64,000 nt of DNA from an uncultured Alphaproteobacteria bacterium. Lineage in GTDB: Bacteria > Pseudomonadota > Alphaproteobacteria > HIMB59 > GCA-002718135. The translations under genes and the position numbers were made by a program. Positions 55,726-64,000 of this stretch are shown in pieces. The stretch lies in contig CABYHW010000004.1 in assembly GCA_902518705.1 (NCBI GenBank), positions 4,084 through 68,083 on the forward strand, given 5' to 3'. Within the stretch, counting starts at the first letter, position 1; every line of letters begins with the position of its first letter. Under the pieces are notes generated by a model. The model ran no database searches. It saw nothing but the letters and a program-made list of their open reading frames with translations, and was not told the origin of the DNA.

Positions 55726-56974
55726 ATTAATAATAAAAGGAGGTTCTAAAATTTCCGGCTCAGTTAATGTTCACGGTTCAAAAAATTCTGCACTACCGAT
55801 TATAGTATCTTCTCTTTTATCTAAAAAAACTTTAAAACTCTCAAATGTACCTAATGTGGTTGATGTTCTAAATTTAATAAAATTACTGAAAAATTACGGT
55901 GTAAAAATTGAACACAAAAAAAATAAATTAAAAATTAATCCATCAAAAATTAAGAATCTATCAGCAGATTATGATGTTGTGCGAAAAATGAGAGCCTCTA
56001 TATTGATACTAGGTCCATTACTTTCTCGATTTGGTGAGGCTAGAATATCTTTACCAGGAGGATGCGCCATTGGAACTAGGCCAATAGATATACATCTTTC
56101 TGGTTTATCAAAATTGGGAGCTAATTTTGAAATTCAAAATGGTTTTGTTGTTGGCAGTGTTAAATCACAATTAATTGGAAATAAAATTAAATTACCATTT
56201 CCAAGTGTAGGAGCAACTGAAAATATACTAATGGCCTCCGTATTAGCAAAAGGTGAAACTAAAATTTCTAATGCTGCAAGAGAACCAGAAATAGAAGATT
56301 TGTCTAACTGTCTTATAAAAATGGGTGCAAAAATAGAAGGTCATGGAACAAAAACTATACTTGTACAAGGTGTAACAAATTTAAAAAAAGCAGAGCATGA
56401 GATAATTGCCGATAGAATTGTAGCTGGCACATATATAATTGCAGCTTTGATGTTAAATTCAGCTTTAGAAATAAATAACTTTAATACTATTTATTTAAAA
56501 TCCTTAATTGATATTTTAAAAAAAATGGGTGCAAAATTAAAAGTAAGTAAAAATTCTATAAAAGTCTCTACAGGATCAAAACTAAAATCTACTAGTCTTT
56601 CAACTAGTCCATATCCAGGTTTTCCCACCGATTTACAAGCTCAGTTAATGTCTCTTATGTGTATCTCTGATGGGAAATCAAAAATTAAAGAAACAATTTT
56701 TGAAAATAGATTCATGCATGTTCCTGAACTGAATCGATTAGGTGCGAATATTACAGTAGAAAAAGATACCGCTACAATAATAGGTAATCAAACATTTAAA
56801 GGAGCGCAGGTAATGGCTAGTGATTTACGAGCTAGTATAAGTTTAGTGTTAGCTGCTATGAATGCGAATGGTCAAACGACACTAAATCGTGTCTATCATC
56901 TTGATAGAGGCTATGAAAATATTGAAAAAACATTAGGTTGTTTGGGAGCAAAAATAAAAAGACAGAAAAACTAA
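55718..56974 (+). CDS. murA: UDP-N-acetylglucosamine 1-carboxyvinyltransferase
   Basis: 418 aa. Catalytic loop LPGGCAIGTRPID, GATENILMA, FPTDLQAQ, HLDRGYE. Confidence 0.95.
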   Translation: MDKLIIKGGSKISGSVNVHGSKNSALPIIVSSLLSKKTLKLSNVPNVVDVLNLIKLLKNYGVKIEHKKNKLKINPSKIKNLSADYDVVRKMRASILILGPLLSRFGEARISLPGGCAIGTRPIDIHLSGLSKLGANFEIQNGFVVGSVKSQLIGNKIKLPFPSVGATENILMASVLAKGETKISNAAREPEIEDLSNCLIKMGAKIEGHGTKTILVQGVTNLKKAEHEIIADRIVAGTYIIAALMLNSALEINNFNTIYLKSLIDILKKMGAKLKVSKNSIKVSTGSKLKSTSLSTSPYPGFPTDLQAQLMSLMCISDGKSKIKETIFENRFMHVPELNRLGANITVEKDTATIIGNQTFKGAQVMASDLRASISLVLAAMNANGQTTLNRVYHLDRGYENIEKTLGCLGAKIKRQKN

Positions 56975-57020
56975 CTTTTTCTAGTTTTTTCTTTGATCAC
57001 AATATAAAAGCCTGCAATTT

Positions 57021-57668
57021 ATGAGCAAAATAGTTATTGCAATACCAAGAGGCAGAATTACAAAAGAATGTAAAAACTTGTTACTTAAAACGAGTTTTGC
57101 CCCTGATCCTCTACTATTTGATAAAGATACAAGAAAATTAACGTTCAAATCTAAAAAAAGAAACATTGAGTATATTAAAGTAAGAGCCTTTGATGCATGT
57201 ACATTTGTTGCATTTGGAGCTGCTCAAATAGGAATAGCTGGTGAGGATGTAATTAATGAATTTGATTACTCAGAAATATATGCTCCGCTTGAATTAAATA
57301 TTGGTCATTGTCGAATTTCTGTAGCTGCTCTGAAGTCTTTATTAAAAAAAGAGGATCCAGAAACTTGGAGTAATATTAGAATTGCTACTAAATACCCAAA
57401 TATTACTAAAAAATTTTTTTATAATAAGGGAATACAAGTAGAAATTATAAAACTAAGTGGATCAATGGAATTAGCCCCTTCTTTAAATATGTGTAGAAGA
57501 ATTGTAGATTTAGTTTCTACAGGAAAAACATTGAAAGAAAATGGTTTGACTGAAATTGAAGAAATAATGAAAATTCAATCTAAATTAATTGTGAATAGAT
57601 CAGCTTATAAGACAAATATGAATGAAGTTTCAAAAATTATTTCTGAAATAGGTACTTTCGTTAAATGA
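57021..57668 (+). CDS. hisG: ATP phosphoribosyltransferase, short (HisZ-dependent) form
   Basis: 215 aa. IAIPRGRI, GAAQIGIAGEDV, DLVSTGKTLKENGL. Confidence 0.9.
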   Translation: MSKIVIAIPRGRITKECKNLLLKTSFAPDPLLFDKDTRKLTFKSKKRNIEYIKVRAFDACTFVAFGAAQIGIAGEDVINEFDYSEIYAPLELNIGHCRISVAALKSLLKKEDPETWSNIRIATKYPNITKKFFYNKGIQVEIIKLSGSMELAPSLNMCRRIVDLVSTGKTLKENGLTEIEEIMKIQSKLIVNRSAYKTNMNEVSKIISEIGTFVK

Positions 57669-58945
57669 AAATAATAAAATTTAATAAAAATTTTTATGAT
57701 CAATTTAAGACAAAAATTGAAAAAAGAAATTCATTATCAAGTAAATCAATTCAAGAAGATGTAAAAAAAATTATTTATGATGTTAAAAAAAATGGCGATA
57801 AATCTCTAATTAAGTATGCAGCAAAATTTGATAAAGTTAAAATTAGCAAACAAGATCTTAGTTTAGATTTATCGAAAATAAAAATACAATCTAAAGTTGA
57901 GCCACAAATATTTAATAGTTTTAAAAAAGCTATAAAAAATATTTCATCATTTCACAAAAAACAATTACCTAAAAATATCATCTATACTAATAATGGTGCA
58001 ACATTGAAATCTGTATGGAAACCTATTGATTCAGTTGGCTTGTACGTACCTGGAGGAAGGGCTTTTTATCCCTCATCTTTAATTATGAATGCAGTACCCG
58101 CAATCAAAGCTGGAGTAAAAAGAATTGTTTGTATCACACCACCAACTAAATCAATTAATCCATATTTTATAAAATTAATAAGGGAATTAGGTATTAAAGA
58201 AACATATTTTGTAGGAGGAGCTCAAGCTATTAGTGCACTAACGTTTGGCACTCAAACTATTAAGCCAGTCAATAAAATATTTGGACCTGGTAATGCTTAT
58301 GTAGCAGAGGCAAAAAAACAATTGTATGGAAAAGTAGGTATAGATTTACTAGCAGGACCATCTGAAATAATAGTTGTTGCAAATAACAATAATAATCCAG
58401 ATTGGGTAGCTTCAGATCTAATAGCTCAAGCAGAACATGATGAAAATGCACAATCAATTTTAATTACGGATAGTAAAGATTTTGCGACTAAAGTCTTAAG
58501 TTCAATTAAAAAAATTAAAAAAGATTTATCAAAAAAGAAAATAATTGAAAAAAGTTTAAATAATAATGGAATTATTGCTTTGGTCGATAATATAGAACTT
58601 GCTTCAGAAATCATAAATTTTGTTGCACCAGAACATTTACATATTCACATTTCTAATAATAAAAAATTATTATCGAACATAAATAATGCTGGCGGTATAT
58701 TTTTAGGTGAATACTCTGTCGAAGCTTTTGGTGATTATATTGTAGGAACTAACCATGTATTGCCGACATCAGGAGCGGCAAAATTTTCATCAGGTCTAGG
58801 TGTTTTAGATTTTATGAAAAGAACCTCTGTTGTTGAGATGAATAAAAAATCTTTTAATGTTCTTTCGGAAGATACTAAAAAAATGTCAGAACTTGAAGGT
58901 CTAGATGGACATAAATTGTCAGTTAAAATTAGACAAAAGAAATAA
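57665..58945 (+). CDS. hisD: Histidinol dehydrogenase
   Basis: 426 aa. GLYVPGG, FGPGNAYVAEAK, LAGPSEI, AQAEHDENAQ, VGTNHVLPT. Confidence 0.95.
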   Translation: MKIIKFNKNFYDQFKTKIEKRNSLSSKSIQEDVKKIIYDVKKNGDKSLIKYAAKFDKVKISKQDLSLDLSKIKIQSKVEPQIFNSFKKAIKNISSFHKKQLPKNIIYTNNGATLKSVWKPIDSVGLYVPGGRAFYPSSLIMNAVPAIKAGVKRIVCITPPTKSINPYFIKLIRELGIKETYFVGGAQAISALTFGTQTIKPVNKIFGPGNAYVAEAKKQLYGKVGIDLLAGPSEIIVVANNNNNPDWVASDLIAQAEHDENAQSILITDSKDFATKVLSSIKKIKKDLSKKKIIEKSLNNNGIIALVDNIELASEIINFVAPEHLHIHISNNKKLLSNINNAGGIFLGEYSVEAFGDYIVGTNHVLPTSGAAKFSSGLGVLDFMKRTSVVEMNKKSFNVLSEDTKKMSELEGLDGHKLSVKIRQKK

Positions 58946-58969
58946 TTTTTACTATAAGCTTATAAAAAT

Positions 58970-59188
58970 ATGCCAAAAGAAGGATCGATTGAATTTCAAG
59001 GAGTTGTATTAGAACTTCTTCCAAATGCAATGTTTAAAGTAAAATTAGAAAATGATCATGAAATTCTAGCTCACTCATCAGGAAAAATGAGAAAAAATAG
59101 AATAAGAGTATTAGCTGGTGATAAAGTAACAGTAGAAATGACACCTTATGATTTAACAAAAGGCAGAATTACTTTTAGATGGAAATAA
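58970..59188 (+). CDS. infA: Translation initiation factor IF-1
   Basis: 72 aa. [70 protein letters not shown] is near-canonical IF-1. Confidence 0.97.
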   Translation: MPKEGSIEFQGVVLELLPNAMFKVKLENDHEILAHSSGKMRKNRIRVLAGDKVTVEMTPYDLTKGRITFRWK

Positions 59189-59358
59189 AAAAATCTAAAA
59201 AAAATAATATCATTTCTTTAAAAAAAAAATCTAAATGCCCAACATGTAAAAAGGTTTCTAAGGAACCATTTATACCTTTTTGTTCAAAAAAATGCGCTAG
59301 TCTTGATTTGATGAAATGGCTAACTGATGAACATGGGCTGCAAATAAAATCTGATTAA
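59179..59358 (+). CDS. yacG: DNA gyrase inhibitor YacG-like zinc-binding protein
   Basis: 59 aa, not in the ORF track (below its size cut-off). CPTCKK...[15 protein letters not shown] is the YacG motif. Start overlaps the infA stop by 10 nt. Confidence 0.75.
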   Translation: MEIKKSKKNNIISLKKKSKCPTCKKVSKEPFIPFCSKKCASLDLMKWLTDEHGLQIKSD

Positions 59359-59410
59359 TTATCTTATTTTTAATTGAATTTAATTATAAATACTTTATCT
59401 GATGTCTTGT

Positions 59411-59486
<76 letters not shown>

Positions 59487-59709
59487 CTTTTTTTTACTTT
59501 TTTTTGAGGGTAACTTTTTTGCTTTTGCAAAGATAAACTACACAGCTTTTATTAGAGAAAAGTCTAAGTTTTGATAATTTTTGGTTAGGTAATTAGGTCG
59601 TAAATGTTACCTTTAATCACCCTCGAAATGTTTTGTTTTATTTACGCTATTTAATCCTATAATTCTTCAAAATTAGACTCTTAAAAAATTTGTGTTAAAG
59701 TGTTCTATT

Positions 59710-60684
59710 ATGACTAAAAAAATTTTAGTTTTTTCAAATGGTGAAAAAATTGGAGATGGAATAATTAAATTACAACTTCTTCACGAAATTAAAACAAGAC
59801 TTCCAGACTATAAATTATATTGGCTTACTAATAAGGGTAAAACTGTTTATTCAAGCACTCTTAAATTCATTGCAAGTAATTATATTGATGAGATTCTTGA
59901 TCAAGCAGATCTTAGTCCATTTTTTTGGAATAAAATATCAAAAAGATATAAATTAGAAAATGAATTTTTTGATTATATTTTAGATACACAAAAATCAGTA
60001 ATAAGAACTATAGCATTAAAACGAATCAAGCATAGAAATTTTATTTCTGGATCAGCTAATGGTTTTTTTTCTTCTAAAAAAATTAAAAGTAACAAGAAAA
60101 GAAAGTATTATTTAAACTACATTTTAGATTTATTAGATTTAATAGTTATTAAAAAAAATAGAAATGATTTTAAAATTCCAATCAGTGAAAATCTCGAAGG
60201 AGTCATAAGTAATATTTTATTAAAACATAAAAGCTATGTAGGAATTGCACCTGGTGCTGGAGAAAAGAATAAGATTTGGCCTTTAGAGAAATACATCGAT
60301 TTATGTAACTATCTTCAAGTAAATAATAAGACTATAGTTTTTTTTATTGGACCTGATGAACTTCATTTAAAAGAAAAATTAAAAAATATCTTTCCTCACT
60401 CAATATTTATCGAGGATCATATTACTGGATTTCAAAATATAGAAATTATTATGGCTACCACCAAATATTTACAATTAGCCATATCGAACGATAGTGGAGT
60501 TAGTCATATGTTATCAACTGGATATTGCCCATTAATTAAACTCTTTGGTCCAAAAGATTCTAGAAAATTTACTCCTGAAAATCCAAATCTATTTTCTATA
60601 TCTTCAAGTGATTTTAACTCAAAAAATATTAATAAAATACCTGTCTCTAGAGTGATTGAAGAAATAGAAAAAGTTCAGATTTAA
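59710..60684 (+). CDS. Glycosyltransferase family 9 (LPS heptosyltransferase-like)
   Basis: ORF from GTG 59692; ATG 59710 preferred (MTKKILVFSNGEKIGDGI). IAPGAGEKNKIWP and SNDSGVSHML are typical GT9 blocks. Confidence 0.75.
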   Translation: MTKKILVFSNGEKIGDGIIKLQLLHEIKTRLPDYKLYWLTNKGKTVYSSTLKFIASNYIDEILDQADLSPFFWNKISKRYKLENEFFDYILDTQKSVIRTIALKRIKHRNFISGSANGFFSSKKIKSNKKRKYYLNYILDLLDLIVIKKNRNDFKIPISENLEGVISNILLKHKSYVGIAPGAGEKNKIWPLEKYIDLCNYLQVNNKTIVFFIGPDELHLKEKLKNIFPHSIFIEDHITGFQNIEIIMATTKYLQLAISNDSGVSHMLSTGYCPLIKLFGPKDSRKFTPENPNLFSISSSDFNSKNINKIPVSRVIEEIEKVQI

Positions 60685-60743
60685 AATTTCATATATTAGA
60701 AGGTAGACAAGTATATTTTTCATCATTACTTGTTTACTTTTAT

Positions 60744-61451
60744 ATGTTCAAATTTGACAAACTTGTATTTGGCGATGCAGGGTGGGGCGATGAATTTCTT
60801 ATAGCAACACTTATGACTCTACTAGTAAGCATTTTATCAATGGGTTTGGGTCTTTTTTTAGCAATTATTACAGTATGGGCAAAGATAATACAAAACAGAA
60901 TAACAAGATTTATTGCAAATTTTTATACAACTGTAATTAGAGGTGTTCCTGAATTATTAGTTATTTATCTAATTTTCTTTGGTGGCAATGCTGTTGTTAT
61001 GAGTATTGCTAAAGTATTTGGATATAATAAATATATAGAACTAAACGCACTTACAATTGCAACAATAGCCATTGCAGTAATATCAGCTACATATTCCAGT
61101 GAAGTTTTAAGAGCTTCTTATTTGGCTATATCTAAGGGTCAAATAGAAGCTGCAAGAGCACTGGGTATGAATAAATTTAGTATTTTTTTTAAAGTTATTT
61201 CGCCCCAAGTTATAAGACATGCTTTACCGGGAATAGGGAATGTATGGCAAATAACTCTTAAAGATACTTCCCTTATTTCCGTAACTGGTCTTGTTGAAAT
61301 TATGCGTCAATCTAGAATATCTTCTAACGTTGAGCATTCACCTTTAACTTTCTTAATAACAGCCGCAATATTGTATTTATGTTTAACAACAATTTCTGGC
61401 AGGGTTTTTAAAACGCTAGAAGTAAATTATTCAAAAGGATTTTCGACATGA
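60744..61451 (+). CDS. Polar amino-acid/opine ABC transporter permease (HisQ/OccQ-like)
   Basis: 235 aa. EAA loop IEAARALGMNKFSIFFKVISPQ; IRGVPELLVIY block. Confidence 0.85.
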   Translation: MFKFDKLVFGDAGWGDEFLIATLMTLLVSILSMGLGLFLAIITVWAKIIQNRITRFIANFYTTVIRGVPELLVIYLIFFGGNAVVMSIAKVFGYNKYIELNALTIATIAIAVISATYSSEVLRASYLAISKGQIEAARALGMNKFSIFFKVISPQVIRHALPGIGNVWQITLKDTSLISVTGLVEIMRQSRISSNVEHSPLTFLITAAILYLCLTTISGRVFKTLEVNYSKGFST

Positions 61452-62158
61452 TTGAATTTTTAAATAGTATTCAAAATTCTCTTATTTATAAAAATTTCTT
61501 TTTGGTCCTATCTGGCTTAGATAATACAATTTTATTATTATTAATTTCATTACCAATTGGTTTTGTCTTAGCGTTATTATTTGCTCTAGGAAGAGTTTCT
61601 AAAATTACATTATTATCAAGAACAATTGCTAGTTATATTTTTGTCATTAGAGGAACCCCTTTACTTGTTCAAATATATTTAATTTATTTCGGTTTAGGTT
61701 CTGTAAAATTTATTCGAGAAAGTTTTTTGTGGTATGCATTAAAAGAACCTTTTTGGTGTGGAGTTATAGCCCTTACAATTAATACTGTTGCATACGGAGC
61801 AGAAATTTTTAGAGGTGGCATACAATCAATTGAGAAAAGTCAGGTTGAATCAGGCTTATCTCTTGGGTTTGGAAAATTTTTACTTTTAAGAAAAATTATT
61901 CTACCTATAGCTATACGAAAAGTTCTACCTTCTTACGGTAATGAATTAATACTAATGGTTAAAGCAACCTCTTTAGTTAGTCTGACAACCTACATGGAAA
62001 TGACAGGTATTGCTAGAAAGATAATGGCTAAAACATTTGCACCTGTTGAAGCATTTATTGCTGCAGGAATTCTTTATCTTTTTTTAAATTTTCTAATGGT
62101 TCAATTTGTTAAATATTTAGAATGGAAATATAATCCACACTTAAGATTAAATAATTAA
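61448..62158 (+). CDS. Polar amino-acid/opine ABC transporter permease (HisM/OccM-like)
   Basis: 236 aa. IRGTPLLVQIYLIYFG; EAA-like loop VESGLSLGFGKFLLLRKIILPI. 4-nt overlap with the upstream permease. Confidence 0.85.
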   Translation: MIEFLNSIQNSLIYKNFFLVLSGLDNTILLLLISLPIGFVLALLFALGRVSKITLLSRTIASYIFVIRGTPLLVQIYLIYFGLGSVKFIRESFLWYALKEPFWCGVIALTINTVAYGAEIFRGGIQSIEKSQVESGLSLGFGKFLLLRKIILPIAIRKVLPSYGNELILMVKATSLVSLTTYMEMTGIARKIMAKTFAPVEAFIAAGILYLFLNFLMVQFVKYLEWKYNPHLRLNN

Positions 62159-62604
62159 TTTCTAAATTTTTTATGACAAGTGCTGCAATTTGCAGCCATT
62201 GCTTTAATAGCATCACTTATCATCTCTTTATCTTCTAATTCTATACTTAAAGATATCATTTCGATATCGTCTACAAAGTTTTGGTTATATTCATTAAATG
62301 TCTCACGATCACTCCAAATATTATCACTAGCTCCTTCTGCTTGACTATTTTCAGGATAAAAATGTTTAAATTCAGATGCTGAGTGAAGAAGAGTTGCATT
62401 AAGCTCTAACATTTCCTCATATTGATCTGAATTTGATAATCTGTAAAGTTTCGATGATGTGCTTTTAATTTTTTGCATTATTGCCATTCTTTCGTTAACA
62501 ATCTTTTCTAACGATTTGTCCTCTAAAGTTACTTTGTGAGCTAGAACATATAAAGGAATGAATGAAATTAAAGTACTTATTGTTATTTTAAAGAATATAC
62601 CCAT
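62155..62604 (-). CDS. Class II c-type cytochrome (cytochrome c'/c556-like)
   Basis: 149 aa. N-terminal signal/anchor, helical body, single heme motif CSTCH nine residues from the C-terminus. Confidence 0.7.
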   Translation of the reverse strand: MGIFFKITISTLISFIPLYVLAHKVTLEDKSLEKIVNERMAIMQKIKSTSSKLYRLSNSDQYEEMLELNATLLHSASEFKHFYPENSQAEGASDNIWSDRETFNEYNQNFVDDIEMISLSIELEDKEMISDAIKAMAANCSTCHKKFRN

Positions 62605-63481
62605 TATTTGTTATTATATTATGCAAGTAATTATGTCCTAATTTTGCATATTCAAGAGGGTTTGCTTTTTTAGGATCCTGCTCAGCTTCAATAATTAACC
62701 ATTCCTGATATTTTGCCTCATATAGTATCTTAATTAATGGATCGTAATCGATGCAACCATCTCCTGGAACAGTGAAAACACCATCTAAAAAAGACTCTCT
62801 AAAACTTAAGTCATCTTTAATAGATTTTAAAAAAACATCTTTTCTAATATCTTTACAATGAACATGGTTAATTCGAGAAATATAATTTTTTAATACTCTT
62901 TCGTAATTTGCTTCAGCAAACATTAAGTGTCCAGTATCGTAAAGCAAAAATGTATTTTGATTTGTCATATTCATGAATCGATCTACATCTTCCTCTGACT
63001 GTATAATAGTTCCCATATGCTCATGATACGACATTGGCATTCCTTCATCCATCAGCATATCAGATAATTCACTGATTTTTTTGCAGTAGCTATCCCATTC
63101 ATCTTTTTCAAGTATTGGTCTTTTACTAAGAGCTTTTGATTGATCGCCTTGGATTGATCCAGATACATCAGCAAAAACAAAAACATCCGCATTAATTAAC
63201 TTTAATAAATTTAAATGATCTTGGAGTGCTATCCATTCTTCTTTTACACTTCTTTCTCTAAGCATTGCGCCATACCAACCACCTGGCATTTTTAAATTAA
63301 ATTTTTCTAAAAGATATTTTGTTATTCCAGGATTTCTCGGAAATTTTCCACCTAATTCAATACCTGAAAATCCAGATGTGCTTGCATCCTCTAAACATTT
63401 TTCAATAGGAGTGTCACCTCCTAGTTCAGGCATATCATCATTGCTCCAGGCAATAGGCGCGATACCAAGTTTAATTTTCAT
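62588..63481 (-). CDS. iolE: Inosose dehydratase-like xylose-isomerase-fold TIM-barrel protein
   Basis: 297 aa. GIAPIAWSNDDMPELGG, YDTGH, HVHCKD, GVFTVPGDGCIDY and EAEQDPKKANPLEYA closely parallel Bacillus IolE as I recall it. Confidence 0.8.
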   Translation of the reverse strand: MKIKLGIAPIAWSNDDMPELGGDTPIEKCLEDASTSGFSGIELGGKFPRNPGITKYLLEKFNLKMPGGWYGAMLRERSVKEEWIALQDHLNLLKLINADVFVFADVSGSIQGDQSKALSKRPILEKDEWDSYCKKISELSDMLMDEGMPMSYHEHMGTIIQSEEDVDRFMNMTNQNTFLLYDTGHLMFAEANYERVLKNYISRINHVHCKDIRKDVFLKSIKDDLSFRESFLDGVFTVPGDGCIDYDPLIKILYEAKYQEWLIIEAEQDPKKANPLEYAKLGHNYLHNIITNNGYIL

Positions 63482-63524
63482 GAAGTTTTACATATTTCAT
63501 GATAGATGAAAAATAAAGATAATT

Positions 63525-63548
63525 ATGAATATGAATATGAATATGAAT
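63525..63548 (+). repeat. (ATGAAT)4 hexanucleotide tandem repeat forming the start of the next CDS
   Basis: Four perfect ATGAAT units giving MNMNMNMN, i.e. four in-frame ATG codons. Confidence 0.9.
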
Positions 63549-64000
63549 ATATTATTAGTCGATGGAAATGAAAAAGAAGCTTCTGATCGATATACAAAAT
63601 TGGGTATGGATACTCAATTTCAAGTATATGAAAAAATTTTAAAAAAATATTCTACTTCAACTATCAATATTACAACAATTCATCCTGCTGTTCATAATAA
63701 TTATCTTCCTTTAGGCATAAGTCTTGACGATTTCGAAGCGGTTGCTTGGACAGGAAGCTTACTTAATATATATAACATGACAAAATCCATAACTAATCAA
63801 ATAGATTTAGCTAAAGAATTATTTAAAAAAAAGAATAAAATATTTGGTAGTTGTTGGGGGCTTCAGGTTTTAGTAACTGCCGCAGGAGGTAAAGTAAGAA
63901 AAAATCCAAATGGCCTTGAAGCAGTTTTAGCTAAAAATATTACATTAAATCAAGATGGTGAAATTCATCCCATGTATAAAAACAAAAAAAAATCATTTAA
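63525..64000 (+). CDS. Class I glutamine amidotransferase-like protein (partial, runs off the window)
   Basis: Open frame to the window end. ILLVDGNEK, then the nucleophile elbow FGSCWGLQVL typical of GATase1/GMP-synthase-like domains. Confidence 0.65.
   Translation, partial: MNMNMNMNILLVDGNEKEASDRYTKLGMDTQFQVYEKILKKYSTSTINITTIHPAVHNNYLPLGISLDDFEAVAWTGSLLNIYNMTKSITNQIDLAKELFKKKNKIFGSCWGLQVLVTAAGGKVRKNPNGLEAVLAKNITLNQDGEIHPMYKNKKKSF

Noticed and set aside
56981-57166. 61-aa minus-strand ORF overlapping the hisG start.
   Set aside because: It is antisense to hisG, which has canonical motifs, and there is no supporting signal.

Overview
By eye this window is very AT-rich and extremely gene-dense: about 70 CDS, 2 tRNAs, tiny intergenic spacers and many 1-20 nt gene overlaps. 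Composition, gene content and the many binding-protein-dependent transporters suggest a streamlined marine alphaproteobacterium of the SAR11/Pelagibacterales type; this is inference, no search was run. I saw no rRNA, CRISPR array, transposase, integrase or phage genes.

Layout:
- 1-8983 (+): amino-sugar-like ABC uptake operon with NagA, two SIS proteins, a GMC oxidoreductase and an enolase-superfamily enzyme.
- 10471-16499: a short glpD converging on a CUT1 ABC transporter operon.
- 16658-24899 (-): nine-gene operon in which two paralogous membrane di-iron (fatty-acid-desaturase-family) genes bracket ThuA/ThuB-like genes, a CUT2 ABC transporter and an aldehyde dehydrogenase.
- 25016-36770: housekeeping genes (ugd, phosphomannomutase, DD-carboxypeptidase, clpSA, PPIase, dipeptidase, pdxJ, GST).
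- 36806-41848: small accessory-looking genes around tRNA-Thr (MFS, dimeric alpha/beta-barrel proteins, a frameshifted Mu-like GST, a DsbA-like isomerase).
- 42041-44651: an ABC-F ATPase and an HpcH-type aldolase.
- 44816-53634 (+): eight-gene operon with a CUT1 binding protein, two permeases, a 720-aa ADP-ribosylglycohydrolase fusion protein, an aldo/keto reductase, an MFS transporter, a Nit hydrolase and a methyltransferase.
- 53797-55415: mntR-mntX divergon with a palindromic operator.
- 55420-64000: a zinc-ribbon ORF and a small basic ORF, then murA, hisGD, infA, yacG, tRNA-Phe, an LPS glycosyltransferase, two orphan amino-acid permeases, an overlapping iolE/cytochrome c' pair, and a partial amidotransferase.

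The best candidates for undescribed biology are the desaturase-bracketed sugar/polyol operon and the ADP-ribosylglycohydrolase-fusion operon. All functional calls come from motif recognition by eye, not from database searches.
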